From Eledone cirrhosa (Eukaryota): 64,000 nucleotides of DNA. The notes beneath the pieces were generated by a model. That model was not told the DNA's origin, searched no databases, and saw only the letters and a program-made list of their open reading frames with translations. Location: NCBI GenBank assembly GCA_964016885.1, contig OZ024744.1:109058001-109122000 (forward strand), written 5' to 3'. A program made the position numbers and the translations under genes. Below are positions 1 to 14,253 of this stretch, piece by piece; the stretch's first letter is position 1; each line of letters opens with the position of its first letter.

Positions 1-58
1 TAAAGAATCTTGCTAAACAAATTCAGAAACGAGATATTTTAAACATTAACAACAGTAA

Positions 59-145
59 CATCTACTACTACTACTACTGCTGCTGCTGTTACTACTACTA
101 CTACTACTGCTGCTGCTGTTGCTGCTGTTACTACTACTACTACTG

Positions 146-190
<45 letters not shown>

Positions 191-240
191 GTAACAGTAG
201 TAGTAGTAGCAGTAGTAGCAGTAATAACAGCAGCTGCAGC
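59..240. repeat. (CTA)n/(CTG)n then (TAG/CAG)n trinucleotide microsatellite
   Basis: Direct reading; explains the poly-L/V ORF at 39..242. Confidence 0.95.
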
Positions 241-329
241 ATTTTATGTTATTACTTTTCTTAATGTTTCTTTGACGATATCCTAGAAAATAAAACTATG
301 CGTAATTTGGTTATGTTGGAGATGTAAGG

Positions 330-710
330 ACCAGTATGACACAGGACCGTGACCTCTGGCGTCACGCAGTAATATAGAAGACCCGACTTATCACGGGAAC
401 AAGCTGACGCCGAAGCATACAGACAATATGCCCCCATCCCCTCCCACTGCAAAGTGGTCGTGGAGGTGTCATGACAAAAAAGCACCCAGCCCACACTGTA
501 AAGTGGTCGTGTAGGTGCCATGGTAAAAAAAGCACCCAGCACTCACTGTAAATGAGGTTGGTGTTAGGGCATTTAGCTGTAGAAATCAAGCCAAAATCAG
601 TTCTGTATGGGCAAAGCAAGGTCACCTGACCTAGCATTGCCCACAACACGACAACCTGTCTAGTCCATGCTAGCGTGGAAGAATGGACATACAACGGTGA
701 TGATGATGAT
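330..710 (+). mobile_element. SINE family 2-related 3' portion with RTE-like tail ending in (TGA)n
   Basis: Shares aaagtggtcgtggaggtg...aaaagcacccagcactcactgtaaatgaggttggtgttagg with the full copy at 53234; ends in gatgatgat. Confidence 0.7.
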
Positions 711-1616
711 ATATATATTTGCTTATACCTATTACACTTTATATATGAAGATGATATATATATATATATACACATACATACACACACAAATGCACCCAGT
801 ACACTCTGTAATGTGGTTGGTGATAGGAAAGAAATCAAGCTGTAGAAACCATGCCAAACAAAGGATTTGGAGGAGTGTTCAGATATGTCAAAAACCTCCT
901 TTGTGCTGGTGTTGCAATAAAATGTATCCAGTGTAAACTGTGCAGTGTGATACCCTAAGTGGGATGCCCTCCCCTCTCCACACAAACACGCACTGTGGGG
1001 TTAGTAGTTCTGATTGGCCAAATTTGCTGATGATACACACCCTCACACACTCTTCCATCAGCAGGACACAAACACAAATAAATGTGAACAAACTCAGGAA
1101 GTAGCCAATATGTTTGTTGGGTTTTTATGCTCTTCTTTGTCCAATATTCTTTGTCTTGTTCACTGAATATATAAAGAGGTTTTTAACTATTTACGACTGT
1201 TATTCATTCTATCTTATAGGTTATCCGTCTTACAGCAATGCTGAAAAATCTCATTAAATACATATGTCCATATATATTGCATGGGGACAATCCCACTCTC
1301 TGAACATATCTTTTGCTCTTTTATCTGTTCCAGCTATCTGGCTGAGGCCATGCTGGGGCATTGCCTGCATTGAATACATTTACCCCAAAAGAACTGGTCA
1401 TCATCATTGAATGCAAACAAAGTCTCCTAGAGAGATGTCTAAATGAAGACTAGGAGTCTCTCGATCCACAAAAAAAAAAAAAAAAAAAAAAAAACTTTAT
1501 TAAAATGTATTGCATACATATGTACATACATACACATATACATACCAACATACATACATATACACACATGTGTACATGCATACGTACATACATACCAACA
1601 TACATGCATGTACATA

Positions 1617-1784
1617 CGAAGTTCGGTTGAAAAGTTCATAGGCTGTCTATGAAGGAGCGATGATAGAGCTGTGAAAGTTTGCATTTCAACTGTTCTTATT
1701 AATAACTGCATTGTTTCTTTCAAGGGACTATGTTGCAGAATACACCTCATTTGGTCATTCCATGAGAGTATCGGCTGACTCTTG
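1617..1784. mobile_element. mariner-type MITE or deleted remnant
   Basis: Starts TA|cgaagttcggttgaaaagttcatagg, ends ...ctcttg|TA; similar to 2991-3129. Confidence 0.6.
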
Positions 1785-1984
1785 TACACACACACATACA
1801 TACATGCACACATACACATTCATATGTATGTATATCATTGGGGTTTACCAGATAGGGGCATAGAAGGGTTTGTGGGATTTAGTTCGTGAGCAATATGGTT
1901 TTAGTGTCTGTAGAAGTATGGTTTACATTTAATTGGGTTCAAGGTTAGCTTGGATTTAATCTGGATACATGTATTCACACACAC

Positions 1985-2725
1985 ACACATGATGTAGTGG
2001 CCAAAACACTGTAGAATGCAATCCGTAGAAAAGATAGCCCCGATAATAAACACATTAAAAGCTACAGCAATGTGGAAGACATACATGTACATAATATGAA
2101 AGAGTACTGGTGGAATGTTCCAGTAAAAACCCCAATAAAATGAAGGCATAACAGACCGGATATTATGATATGGGACAGGGAGAAGAAAACATGCACAGTA
2201 GTGGAAGTTAGCTGTCCAGCAGATGCCAATATAATATCAAAGATTAGTGTAAAGGAGAATATCTATGCAGAACTAATGAGAAATCTACAGATACTCCACC
2301 CTGATAACACCTTCAGATTTATGCCTGTGATTATTGGGGCACTGGGATATGTTAGTAACTGCCTCAATACAAATCTTTAGAAGCTAGGCTTCACAGGAAC
2401 AGAAAGAACACAACTAGTTAGGAAATTACAAGTACAATCCATTAATGGAACAGTAAAAATATGTAAAACATTCAAAAAATTCTGCATCTAATAACTGCAT
2501 ATACACATGTACAGATACTAAACATATGCACATGCACACATGTAACTCAAAACATACACATCCACACATACAATAACTTCCATACCTGCACACACACACA
2601 TGCATACAGACATACATATCTACCTAGTTGATGTTGTGTAAATTCCAATGAGAGAGACTTGTGTCTATGTTAGAAACTGACTTTCTCTCTATTGGTAAAC
2701 ATTTGTGAAATTATAAAACCAGAAT
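1985..2725 (+). pseudogene. 3' fragment of an RLE-type (R2/R4/NeSL-like) non-LTR retrotransposon: restriction-like endonuclease plus 3' UTR
   Basis: HDVVAKTL...NRPDIMIWDREKKTCTVVEVSCP...PVIIGALG (PD-(D/E)xK-type motifs) with in-frame stops. Confidence 0.85.
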
Positions 2726-2990
2726 ACACACACATTTATGTACATACATATATACACACGTGTGTATTTGTGTGGATTGGGTTGAAACAACTTGTATTTG
2801 TTTATGTATCTCTCTCTCTATATATATATATTCATAATTTTTATGTCTTCATGCTGGCATGGGTTGGGATTATACTTTTTATTTAGGCAGATTTTCTCTG
2901 GCCAGGTTCTTTTCCTAATCCCAACCCCTATTTTATTTTAAGTATGGTGCATACACACGCACACACACACGCGTGCTTCACACACACATA

Positions 2991-3129
2991 CAAAGGTCGG
3001 CTGAAAAGTTCATAGGTTGACCAAGATACTCGCATGGAATGACCAAATGAGGTTTATTTTTCAACATTGTCCCTGGAAAGAAACAATGCAACTTCATAGT
3101 CAGTCTATGAACTTTTCAGTCCATCCTCA
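2991..3129. mobile_element. mariner-type MITE
   Basis: Imperfect TIRs ctgaaaagttcatag / ctatgaacttttcag, TA on both flanks. Confidence 0.65.
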
Positions 3130-3728
3130 TAAAGGTATAATAAAGATTCCCTTCATTCATGAATGTCCATGGGTTTTGCATCTAGAAAGTTCCTCTCTGG
3201 GGCACAAACCCAGGCAAGGTGATTTTATGGAAAACCTCTCCTCGCCACCAATGTTGTCTAAGGGAAAGGCAAAAGCTGCTAACAGCTTGGCTCCATTGAT
3301 ACTGCAACTCATTCTACAACAGGGTAAACTGAAGCAATGTGAAATAAAGTGTCTTGCTGAAGGACTCAGTGCACTGCCTGGCTTAGGAATAAAACTTACA
3401 ATCTCATGAATATGTCCCACATGTTTTAACCACTAAGCCACACATCTTCCCTTCTGTGTACATGTGTGAAGGCACATGGTTTGGTGTCTAGCGTGTTTGG
3501 CTCACAAACGTACTATTGTAGATTTCAATCATGGATAGCACTCTGTTGCATCCTTGAGCAATATACTTCCTTTCACATTGCTCCAGTCCACTTAACTGAA
3601 AAGAATTAGAACCAACAGCAACATCAGCAGCTTGGAGTTAAGCTTGAGACTGATTGGTATCCTGTCCAAAGGTAGTCTTGTACTCTCGGTTACTTAATGC
3701 AAGGATTAGTGTTCTGATCTGGGACATA

Positions 3729-4941
3729 CTGTGATGGACAGGTGTCTTCTCTAGATTGGGGCAGACTTTAACCCTGTGATGGACTGGTGTCTTCTCTAGA
3801 TTGGGGCAGACTTTAACCCTGTGATGGACTGGTGTCTTGTCTAGATTGGGGCAGACTTTAACCCTGTGATGGACTGGTGTCTTGTCTAGATTGGGGCAGA
3901 CTTTAACCCTGTGATGGACTGGTGTCTTGTCTAGATTGGGGCAGACTTTAACCCTGTGATGGACTGGTGTCTTGTCTAGATTGGGGCAGACTTTAACCCT
4001 GTGATGGACTGTTGTCTGGTCTAGATTGGGGCAGACTTTAACCATGTGATGGACTGGTGTCTTGTCTAGATTGGGGCAGACTTTAACCATGTGATGGACT
4101 GGTGTCTTGTCTAGATTGGGGCAGACTTTAACCATGTGATGGACTGTTGTCTGGTCTAGATTGGGGCAGACTTTAACCCTGTGATGGACTGGTGTCTTGT
4201 CTAGATTGGGGTAGACTTTAACCCTGTGATGGACTGGTGTCTTGTCTAGATTGGAGCAGACTTTAACCCTGTGATGGACAGGTGTCTTGTCTAGATTGGG
4301 GCAGACTTTAACCCTGTGATGGACTGGTGTCTGGTCTAGATTGGGGCAGACTTTAACCCTGTGATGGACAGGTGTCTGGTCTAGATTGGGGCAGACTTTA
4401 ACCCTGTGATGGACTGGTGTCTGGTCTAGATTGGGGCAGACTTTAACCCTGTGATGGACTGGCGTCTTGTCTAGATTGGGGCAGACTTTAACCCTGTGAT
4501 GGACTGGTGTCTGGTCTAGATTGGGGCAGACTTTAACCCTGTGATGGACTGGCGTCTTGTCTAGATTGGGGCAGACTTTAACCCTGTGATGGACTGGTGT
4601 CTTGTCTAGATTGGGGCAGACTTTAACCCTGTGATGGACTGGTGTCTTGTCTAGATTGGGGCAGACTTTAACCCTGTGATGGACTGGTGTCTGGTCTAGA
4701 TTGGGGCAGACTTTAACCCTGTGATGGACTGTTGTCTGGTCTAGATTGGGGCAGACTTTAACCATGTGATGGACTGTTGTCTGGTCTAGATTGGGGCAGA
4801 CTTTAACCCTGTGATGGACTGTTGTCTGGTCTAGATTGGGGCAGACTTTAACCCTGCGATGGACTGGTGTCTTGTCTAGATTGGGGCAGACTTTAACCCT
4901 GCGATGGACTGGTGTCTGCTCTAGATTGGGGCAGACTTTAA
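3729..4941. repeat. 45-bp minisatellite, about 27 copies
   Basis: Unit ctgtgatggactggtgtcttgtctagattggggcagactttaacc; explains the 375-aa ORF. Confidence 0.97.
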
Positions 4942-5119
4942 CTTACCTTTAAGTCAATGATCTATTACAAGAAAAATGAGATAAACTTTAGAAGATATGT
5001 GAATGTTTTAATCAGTCTGTTTTGTTTCTCTCCCTGAAGAAAACATTTCTTCTCTTTTGGATAGAAGCGGGGTGGGGGTCAACATTTGATGTTACTCAGT
5101 AATGCAAACACTAAATATA

Positions 5120-5345
5120 CTCACAGTATGGCTTCAAACACATAGACCCCTGCCCCTACCCAACAAATACTTCCCGCCAACTGTAAGGGTACATCAATAA
5201 GTGGGTGTGTGGTGGCAAAACTTAGGTTTCAAGTGATTGGCTAATAGCTTTAATTTAACATTAAGTACAGCAATTGAGTTTCAATAAAAAAAATAGCCTA
5301 ATTAGTCTTTACACTTCAAGTTTGCATTCATCGTTAGCCAATAAA
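5120..5345 (-). promoter_or_regulatory. Possible pol II promoter cluster (E2F-like, two CCAAT boxes, GT box, CHR-like) followed by a GTGAGT donor
   Basis: TTCCCGCCAA 5171-5180; ATTGG 5236-5240; CCAAT 5338-5342; GGGTGTGTGG about 5203; TTTGAA (- strand) 5133-5138; donor GT at 5124-5123, all in non-repetitive DNA. Confidence 0.3.
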
Positions 5346-5819
5346 AAAAATATAATAGTACAGTTTCGGACTGCTTTAAAGAATTGATATTTCACCCGCT
5401 TCTCTTTCTCCACCCCTCACATATACTATTTATTTATTGTTTCGTTTTTTGTGGAAAATATCTTGTGTATGTGAAAGAAGCTGGGTGTGTTCTGCTATAA
5501 TTTATTCTTTAGATGGAGGTAGTAGAGTAGTTTATCTCTCCACTGATTTTATGACCCCCACTCATCTAGCCTTGTTATAGACATTTTTTGAAACAGGGTC
5601 AGAGTAAAATACCTGAAATTAAGGCAATGAAACCCCCCTTCCCTCTCACTTCAATCAAGGAAGTAGCCTTATAAGCAAGAATATACGTAGTGTGTATGTA
5701 TGCATACATACACATTAACATACACACATGCCCACACACATACACATACATGACACACAAATATATAGATATAGATAGATATATCACCAGCATTTCACTT
5801 TTTATTTTCTGTTCTAGCA

Positions 5820-8800
5820 TATCCATCCATCCATAGAAACATACATACACACACACATCCATACAAACATACATACACACACACATCCATATATGAAAAA
5901 CTTCCACCCATACAAACATACATACACACACACATCCATACAAACATACATACACACACACATCGATATATGAAAAACTTCCATCCACACAAACATACAT
6001 ACACACACATCCATATATGAGAAACTTCCATCCATACAAACATACATACACACACATCCATACAAACATACATACATACACACACATCCATATATGAGAA
6101 ACTTCCATCCATACAAACATACATACACACACATCCATACAAACATACATACACACACACATCCATACAAACATACATACACACACACATCCATACAAAC
6201 ATACACACACACATCCATATATGAAAAACTTCCATCCATACAAACATACATACACACACACATCCATATATGACAAACTTCCACCCATACAAACATACAT
6301 GCACACACATCCATACAAACATACATACACACACACATCCATATATGAGAAACTTCCATCCATACAAACATACATACACACACATCCATACAAACATACA
6401 TACACACACACATCCATATATGAGAAACTTCCATCCATACAAACATACATACACACACATCCATACAAACATACATACACACACACATCCATATATGAGA
6501 AACTTCCATCCATACAAACATACATACACACACATCCATACAAACATACATACACACACACATCCATATGAGAAACTTCCATCCATACAAACATACATAC
6601 ACACACATCCATACAAACATACACACACACACACATCCATATATGACAAACTTCCACCCATACAAACATACATGCACACACACATCCATACAAACATACA
6701 TACACACACATTCATACAAACATACACACACACATCCATATATGAAAAACTTCCATCTATACAAACATACATACACACACATCCATACAAACATACACAC
6801 ACACATCCATATATGAAAAACTTCCATCCATACAAACATATATACACACACACATCCATACAAACATACATACACACACATCCATACAAACATACATACA
6901 CACACATCCATATATGAGAAACTTCCATCCATACAAACATACATACACACACATCCATACAAACATACACACACACACACATCCATATATGAGAAACTTC
7001 CATCCATACAAACATACATACACACACACATCCATATATGAGAAACTTCCATCCATACAAACATACATACACACACACACACATCCATACAAACATACAT
7101 ACACACACACATCCATATGACAAACTTCCATCCATACAAACATACATACACACACACACATCCATATATGAGAAACTTCCATCCATACAAACATACATAC
7201 ACACACATCCATACAAACATACATACATACACACACATCCATATATGAGAAACTTCCATCCATACAAACATACATACACACACATCCATACAAACATACA
7301 TACACACACACATCCATACAAACATACATACACACACACATCCATACAAACATACACACACACATCCATATATGAGAAACTTCCATCCATACAAACATAC
7401 ATACACACACATCCATACAAACATACATACACACACACATCCATACAAACATACATACACACACACATCCATACAAACATACACACACACATCCATATAT
7501 GAGAAACTTCCATCCATACAAACATACATACACACACACATCCATATATGAGAAACTTCCACGCATACAAACATACATACACACACATCAGTACAAACAT
7601 ACATACACACACACATCCATATATGAAAAACTTCCATCCATACAAACATACATACACACACACATCCATATATGAGAAACTTCCACGCATACAAACATAC
7701 ATACACACACATCAGTACAAACATACATACACACACACATCCATATATGAAAAACTTCCATCCATACAAACATACATACACACACACATCCATATATGAG
7801 AAACTTCCACGCATACAAACATACATACACACACATCAGTACAAACATACATACACACACACATCCATATATGAGAAACTTCCATCCATACAAACATACA
7901 TACACACACACATCCATATATGAAAAACTTCCATCCATACAAACATACATACACACACATCAGTACAAACATACATACATACACACATATCCATACAAAC
8001 ACACATCCATACAAACATACATACACACACACATCCATACAAACATACACACACACATCCATATATGAGAAACTTCCATCCATACAAACATACATACACA
8101 CGCATCCATACAAACATACATACATATACACACATCCATATATGAGAAACTTCCATCCATACAAACATACATACACACACATCCATACAAACATACATAC
8201 ACACACACATCCATACAAACATACATACACACACACATCCATACAAACATACACACACACATCCATATATGAAAAACTTCCATCCATACAAACATACATA
8301 CACACACACATCCATATATGACAAACTTCCACCCATACAAACATACATGCACACACACATCCATACAAACATACATACACACACACATCCATATATGAGA
8401 AACTTCCATCCATACAAACATACATACACACACATCCATACAAACATACATACACACACACATCCATATATGAAAAACTTCCATCCATACAAATATACAT
8501 ACACACACACACACATCCATATATGACAAACTTCCACCCATACAAACATACATGCACACACACATCCATACAAACATACATACACACACATCCATACAAA
8601 CATACACACACACATCCATATATGAAAAACTTCCATCTATACAAACATACATACACACACATCCATACAAACATACACACACACATCCATATATGAAAAA
8701 CTTCCATCCATACAAACATACATGCACACACACATCCATATATGAGAAACTTCCACCCATACAAACATACATACACACACACACACATCCATACAAACAT

Positions 8801-10078
8801 ACATACACACACACATCCATATGACAAACTTCCATCCATACAAACATACATACACACACACACATCCATATATGAGAAACTTCCATCCATACAAACATAC
8901 ATACACACACATCCATACAAACATACATACACACACACATCCATATATGAGAAACTTCCACGCATACAAACATACATACACACACATCCATACAAACATA
9001 CATACACACACACATCCATACAAACATACATACACACACACATCCATACAAACATACACACACACATCCATATATGAGAAACTTCCATCTATACAAACAT
9101 ACATACACACACATCCATACAAACATACATACACACGCACATCCATATATGAGAAACTTCCACGCATACAAACATACATACACACACATCAGTACAAACA
9201 TACATACACACACACATCCATATATGAGAAACTTCCATCCATACAAACATACATACACACACATCCATACAAACATACATACACACACACATCCATATAT
9301 GAGAAACTTCCACGCATACAAACATACATACACACACATCCATACAAACATACATACACACACACATCCATACAAACATACATACACACACACATCCATA
9401 CAAACATACACACACACATCCATATATGAGAAACTTCCATCTATACAAACATACATACACACACATCCATACAAACATACATACACACACACATCCATAT
9501 ATGAGAAACTTCCACGCATACAAACATACATACACACACATCAGTACAAACATACATACACACACACATCCATATATGAGAAACTTCCATCCATACAAAC
9601 ATAAATACACACACATCCATACAAACATACATACACACACACATCCATATATGAGAAACTTCCATCCATACAAACAAACATACACACACACATCCATATA
9701 TGAGAAACTTCCATCCATACAAATATACATACACACACACACACATCCATATGACAAACTTCCATCCATACAAACATACATACACACACACATCCATATA
9801 TGAGAAACTTCCATCCATACAAACATACACACACACACATCCATATATGACAAACTTCCATCCATACAAACATACATACACACACATATCCATATATGAG
9901 AAACTTCCATCCATACAAACATACATACACACACACATCCATATATGACAAACTTCCATCCATACAAACATACATACACACACATCAGTACAAACATACA
10001 TACACACATCCATATATGAAAAACTTCCATCCATACAAACATACATACACACACATCCATATATGACAAACTTCCACA
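5820..10078. repeat. Compound CATA/CA-rich minisatellite with a recurrent tatga(g/a/c)aaacttcca module, about 4.3 kb
   Basis: Alternating catccatacaaacatacatacacac and catccatatatgagaaacttc modules; source of the many CVCM/HTYT ORFs. Confidence 0.97.
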
Positions 10079-10898
10079 CAGTTTCTGCCTACCAAATTCC
10101 ATTTACAAGCCATTGTTCAACACAAAGCTATAGTAGAAGACATTTGCCCGAATTACTGTGCAGTTGGACTGAACCCTAAAGCAAGCAATCATCATCATCA
10201 TCATTTAACTTCCACCTAGTTCACACTGTAAATATGGTTGGCATTGGGAAGGGCATTCAGCCATAGAAGCCACACCAAAACCATTTCTGTATGAGCAAGA
10301 CATGATCATCTGATCTTGCTTGTCTCATATCTGGACCATTCATGCTAGCATGGAAAAATGGTCGTTAAATGGTGATGATGACGATATATACACATATACA
10401 AACACAGATATATAAATACACGCAAGCATATACAAATGTATATATAATCATCATCATTACCACTGCTTCCAAGCTTGCATGACTTAGACAGCTTATCATG
10501 TTCTGACGCTAGACAGGTCAGGTGACTACATCTTGTTCATATGTTCCATTACTGATATGATTTCTACAGCTGATGCCCTTCTTAAAGCCAACCACTTTAC
10601 AGTGTGGACTGGGAGTTTTTGTTGTGACACCTACATAAATAACCACTTTACAGTGTGGGCTTGAAGTTTTTGTTGTGACACCTACATAACCACTTTACTG
10701 TGTGGGCTGTGAGTTTTTGTTGTGACACCTACACAATCACTTTACAGTGTGGAGTGGGAAAATTGGCACCACTCTATCTCATTATAATGTTAGGGTACTC
10801 ATTGTATCCTAAGTAGGTATCAGAGTGTGGTGTGTGATGTATGAGCAAGCTACTCTGTATGATATATATATAAGTATATAGTAATATATATATATATA

Positions 10899-10946
<48 letters not shown>

Positions 10947-10950
<4 letters not shown>

Positions 10951-11205
10951 AGGTGAGTTTTATTGTAGTACAATAAAGCAATGCAAATATCGGATAAGTA
11001 GCATTCTACAGTTTGTCGGACTGGAGTATAAATAATATATGATATGTTGATTTAAAACTTCACTATTCACAAGTGTTTTTTAACCTTCATATCATGTGTC
11101 CCTATTTTATCTGATGAAAACGCAGATATCATCTCATGATGATATTTGTTTTTGAAATGCGCATAATAAAATACTTGGAACTCTTTTAACCATCTTTTGA
11201 TCTTA
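10947..11205 (+). mobile_element. Penelope-like pLTR/retrozyme fragment, family A, in (TA)n
   Basis: Starts taggaggtgagttttattgtagtacaataaagc like 15584 and 20388; contains a hammerhead motif; (TA)n on both sides. Confidence 0.75.
11103..11173 (+). ncRNA. Minimal type I hammerhead ribozyme motif
   Basis: Stem I UAUUUUAU/AUAAAAUA; CUGAUGA 11111-11117; long stem II; GAAA 11154-11157; palindromic stem III AUGCGCAU; predicted cut after A11165. Confidence 0.85.
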
Positions 11206-11421
11206 TATATTATATATATATATATATATACAGAGTTTTCCATGCTGGCATTGTTGGGCATGGTGGTATATATATGTATGGATGGTGTGGGTGTGTGGGT
11301 GGGTGTGTGTAACTCACTACCTATTGGCAGAGTAAAATTCCAACAATTGATCAATACATTAACCTTGAAACATCAACAGCTCTTCTCATACACTGCCATG
11401 TATTTATCACCCCTCTCTCTC

Positions 11422-11456
<35 letters not shown>

Positions 11457-11513
11457 CACATTCTCACAGTTATTTAGCCCAATTATTTTTGTATAACAAC
11501 ACTCACATGCACA

Positions 11514-11514
<1 letters not shown>

Positions 11515-11597
<83 letters not shown>
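11515..11597. repeat. (ATCT)n microsatellite
   Basis: Direct reading. Confidence 0.97.
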
Positions 11598-11602
<5 letters not shown>

Positions 11603-11971
11603 ATATATTTATATATATCAAAAGTATCTTTATATATATATATATATATCAAAAGCATATATTGAGTTAGAAATTCAAAATCATCTCTTACAATAAATTA
11701 GCTCTAGGAAAGAGATTTTTCCGAGCCGTATATTATAACTGAACAGAAAAGAAAGACGAACACAGATTTATACATATATGTGTTCAAATCATAAGGGACC
11801 AGATTCGCTAAGGTGAAGAGAATACTAACTATAGACAATAGGGTTTGCCTGTCTCAATTGAAGAATAAATCAAGAAAAATAAATACAAACCAGAATACTG
11901 GTAACTACCAATCACCCACATTGAACACATATATGTATATGTCTGTGTTCATTTTTTTCTTTTTTGTTCAG

Positions 11972-12045
<74 letters not shown>

Positions 12046-12089
12046 ATATATATATGTGTATATATATGTGTATATATATAGAGAGATAG

Positions 12090-13195
12090 AGTTCTAAGTG
12101 CAATCCTGTTTATCCTAGAGCTCCAGATCATAGCAGAGAAGTTTAACCCTTTACCATTTACATTACTCTATATATACTATTGTATTTTCACAGTAAAGGA
12201 TTTATCTCACATAATTATCTCACATAATATCAAATCTATGAGATTTTGATATTTATTTTGAGAAAAATACCTTAACATCAGTATGAGGGACTGGTTACGG
12301 CCGGTTTGAACAGAAAGAGGTGAGAGAATTCTGGCCGGATATGGCCGGTTTAAAAGCTAAAGGGTTAAGACTGGTTGTCCATGGGAACTTTTGTATGCCA
12401 ATGATCTGGCCCTCATAGCTGAATCTGTGGAAGAATAAATTCTGGCTGTGGAAACAGATCTTAGATTCAAAAGGGCTGAAAACAACAACTAAAATGTTAA
12501 TAAGTAGGAAAGAAGTTAGGGCACTAATCTCACCTTACTTGATATGCAGAAAAGAAGAAGGCATAAACTTTATATTATGTATACAATGCAAATCTTGGGT
12601 GCACTAGAGGTGTAGTGGGATAGCAAGCAGACTAACAGGAGAGGAAGACTTTGTATGTAACATGGACAGGGTAATCAATAGTAAGAGTGTCAATGATATA
12701 AACTTTTTCTAATCTGATGAAGTATCCATAAAAGTGGTTGATAGCTTCTGCTATCTATTAGCAGTGGAGGAGGGTGTTTCGAGAGAATAATAACTAGAAT
12801 AAGGATAAGATGGAAGAAAGCTAGAGAGCTACTCCCAATGTTGACAACAAACGGTTTCTCCCAATGAATGAACAGTTGTGTGTGAAGTGCAATGCTACAT
12901 GGTAGTGAAACGTGGGCTGTAAACGTATAGGAAATACAAAGGCTGGAGAGAAATGAGACAAGCATGCTTTGATGGATGTGCAATGTTAAATGTGCGAACA
13001 CAAAGCATGGATGAACTGAGAAAGAAACTGGGTATAAGTGGAATGAGATATAGTGTGCAGGAGAAGAGACTGTATTAGTATGGAGATGTGATGCACATGG
13101 TGATGATTGCTGGGTGAAGAAGAGCCAAGTAATCCCAGTGGAAGGAAGCTGCAGTAGAGGAAGACCACGAAAATCCTGGATGGAAGTCGTGAAAA
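12090..13195 (+). pseudogene. Decayed RTE-like LINE RT C-terminal region, interrupted by a MITE
   Basis: KTGCPWELLYANDLALIAES (YADD motif), RIRWKKARELLP, MLHGSETWAV; many stops and frameshifts. Confidence 0.85.
12147..12364. mobile_element. TTAA-flanked (piggyBac/Kolobok-like) MITE inserted in the LINE
   Basis: TTAA|cccttta...taaaggg|TTAA; the LINE frame continues across the TTAA; reverse-oriented relative at 17915-18117. Confidence 0.8.
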
Positions 13196-13229
13196 ATGAA
13201 CTGAAATTATAGAAGCTAACAGAGATGAT

Positions 13230-13509
13230 ACCGAACCAGACTTGCTAGGGACAGTCATCACCGGTGATGAGTCATGGGCCTTCGAGTACGACCCGGAGGG
13301 GACCTGTTTTGAAGACGTGAATGACATCAAAAAGGCTGCGACGATGGAACTGCGGAGGATCCCGGAAGAATCCTTCCAGGAGTGCATGCAAACGTGGCAG
13401 AAAAGGATGGAAAAGGGCATTAGGCTCCAGGGGGATTACTTAGTGTGAAGTTTGGGTTTGAAATAAATCTTTTGTGACATCAGTCCTGTAACTTTTCTGA
13501 CACACCTTG
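13230..13509 (+). mobile_element. Internally deleted mariner remnant with right TIR
   Basis: LGTVITGDESWAFEYDPE (first catalytic D motif) fused to the C-terminal WQKRMEKGIRLQGDY; ends acttttctgacacaccttg|TA. Confidence 0.85.
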
Positions 13510-14179
13510 TATATATATAATTCAAGTTCAACCAATAAGGTATCTAACCTTGAGCTGGAGGGGGGTGGGGGTGGATTGTGTAGTTAATGGGGTTCAATTG
13601 CTAACCCTCTTCGAAGTAAACCCCTTGTGTCTCTACACTGAACTCTGTGATCCTTCCACTGCTTGAAGCTTGTCTGGAATGGCTCTCAGTACTGCTGTCA
13701 CAGTCTGCATGATGTCTTCTCTGCTTTCAAAGTGGGAGCCTTTCAGTGGCATCTTCAATTTTGGGAACAATCAAAAGTCAGGAGTCTTTCTTTGCCAACA
13801 AACCCTAGATCAGTTGCAACAAATCTACCAATGTGTTGTTGTGATGCAGCTGCCGATTTGGGGAAGTTCAGATCTTGTCTCTTGCATCTCAAAGTTATTG
13901 GAGGACTTGGTGATATACATCACCTCAGTAGTCGAAGAAAACAATCACAGCTACCTCAATAACTATGTAAGAGTATTATATACAGATTTCATGATCATTA
14001 TCATTCATCAGTGTGAAACTAATAAGGCATTGTGTTTTTGCATCTCTGTATTTGTCTTGTTATTTCTTGTACTATATATATATATAACTGATATATATAG
14101 TACAGGTTTAAAACTAGTTAGACCATTACTCAACAGAGTACTCGATACTTGGCATAGTAGAGTATGGCTACATGCATTC

Positions 14180-14247
<68 letters not shown>

Positions 14248-14253
<6 letters not shown>

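Noticed and set aside
3638-4765. 375-aa ORF of VKVCPNLDKTPVHHR repeats
   Set aside because: The 45-bp unit is divisible by 3 and lacks a stop in one frame; no coding context
5599-10102. Many long overlapping ORFs of up to 672 aa
   Set aside because: Translations of a CATA/CA repeat, open in several frames on both strands, with no domain content
13670-14251. 193-aa ORF
   Set aside because: Runs through a probable antisense mariner remnant into (TA)n; no coherent protein
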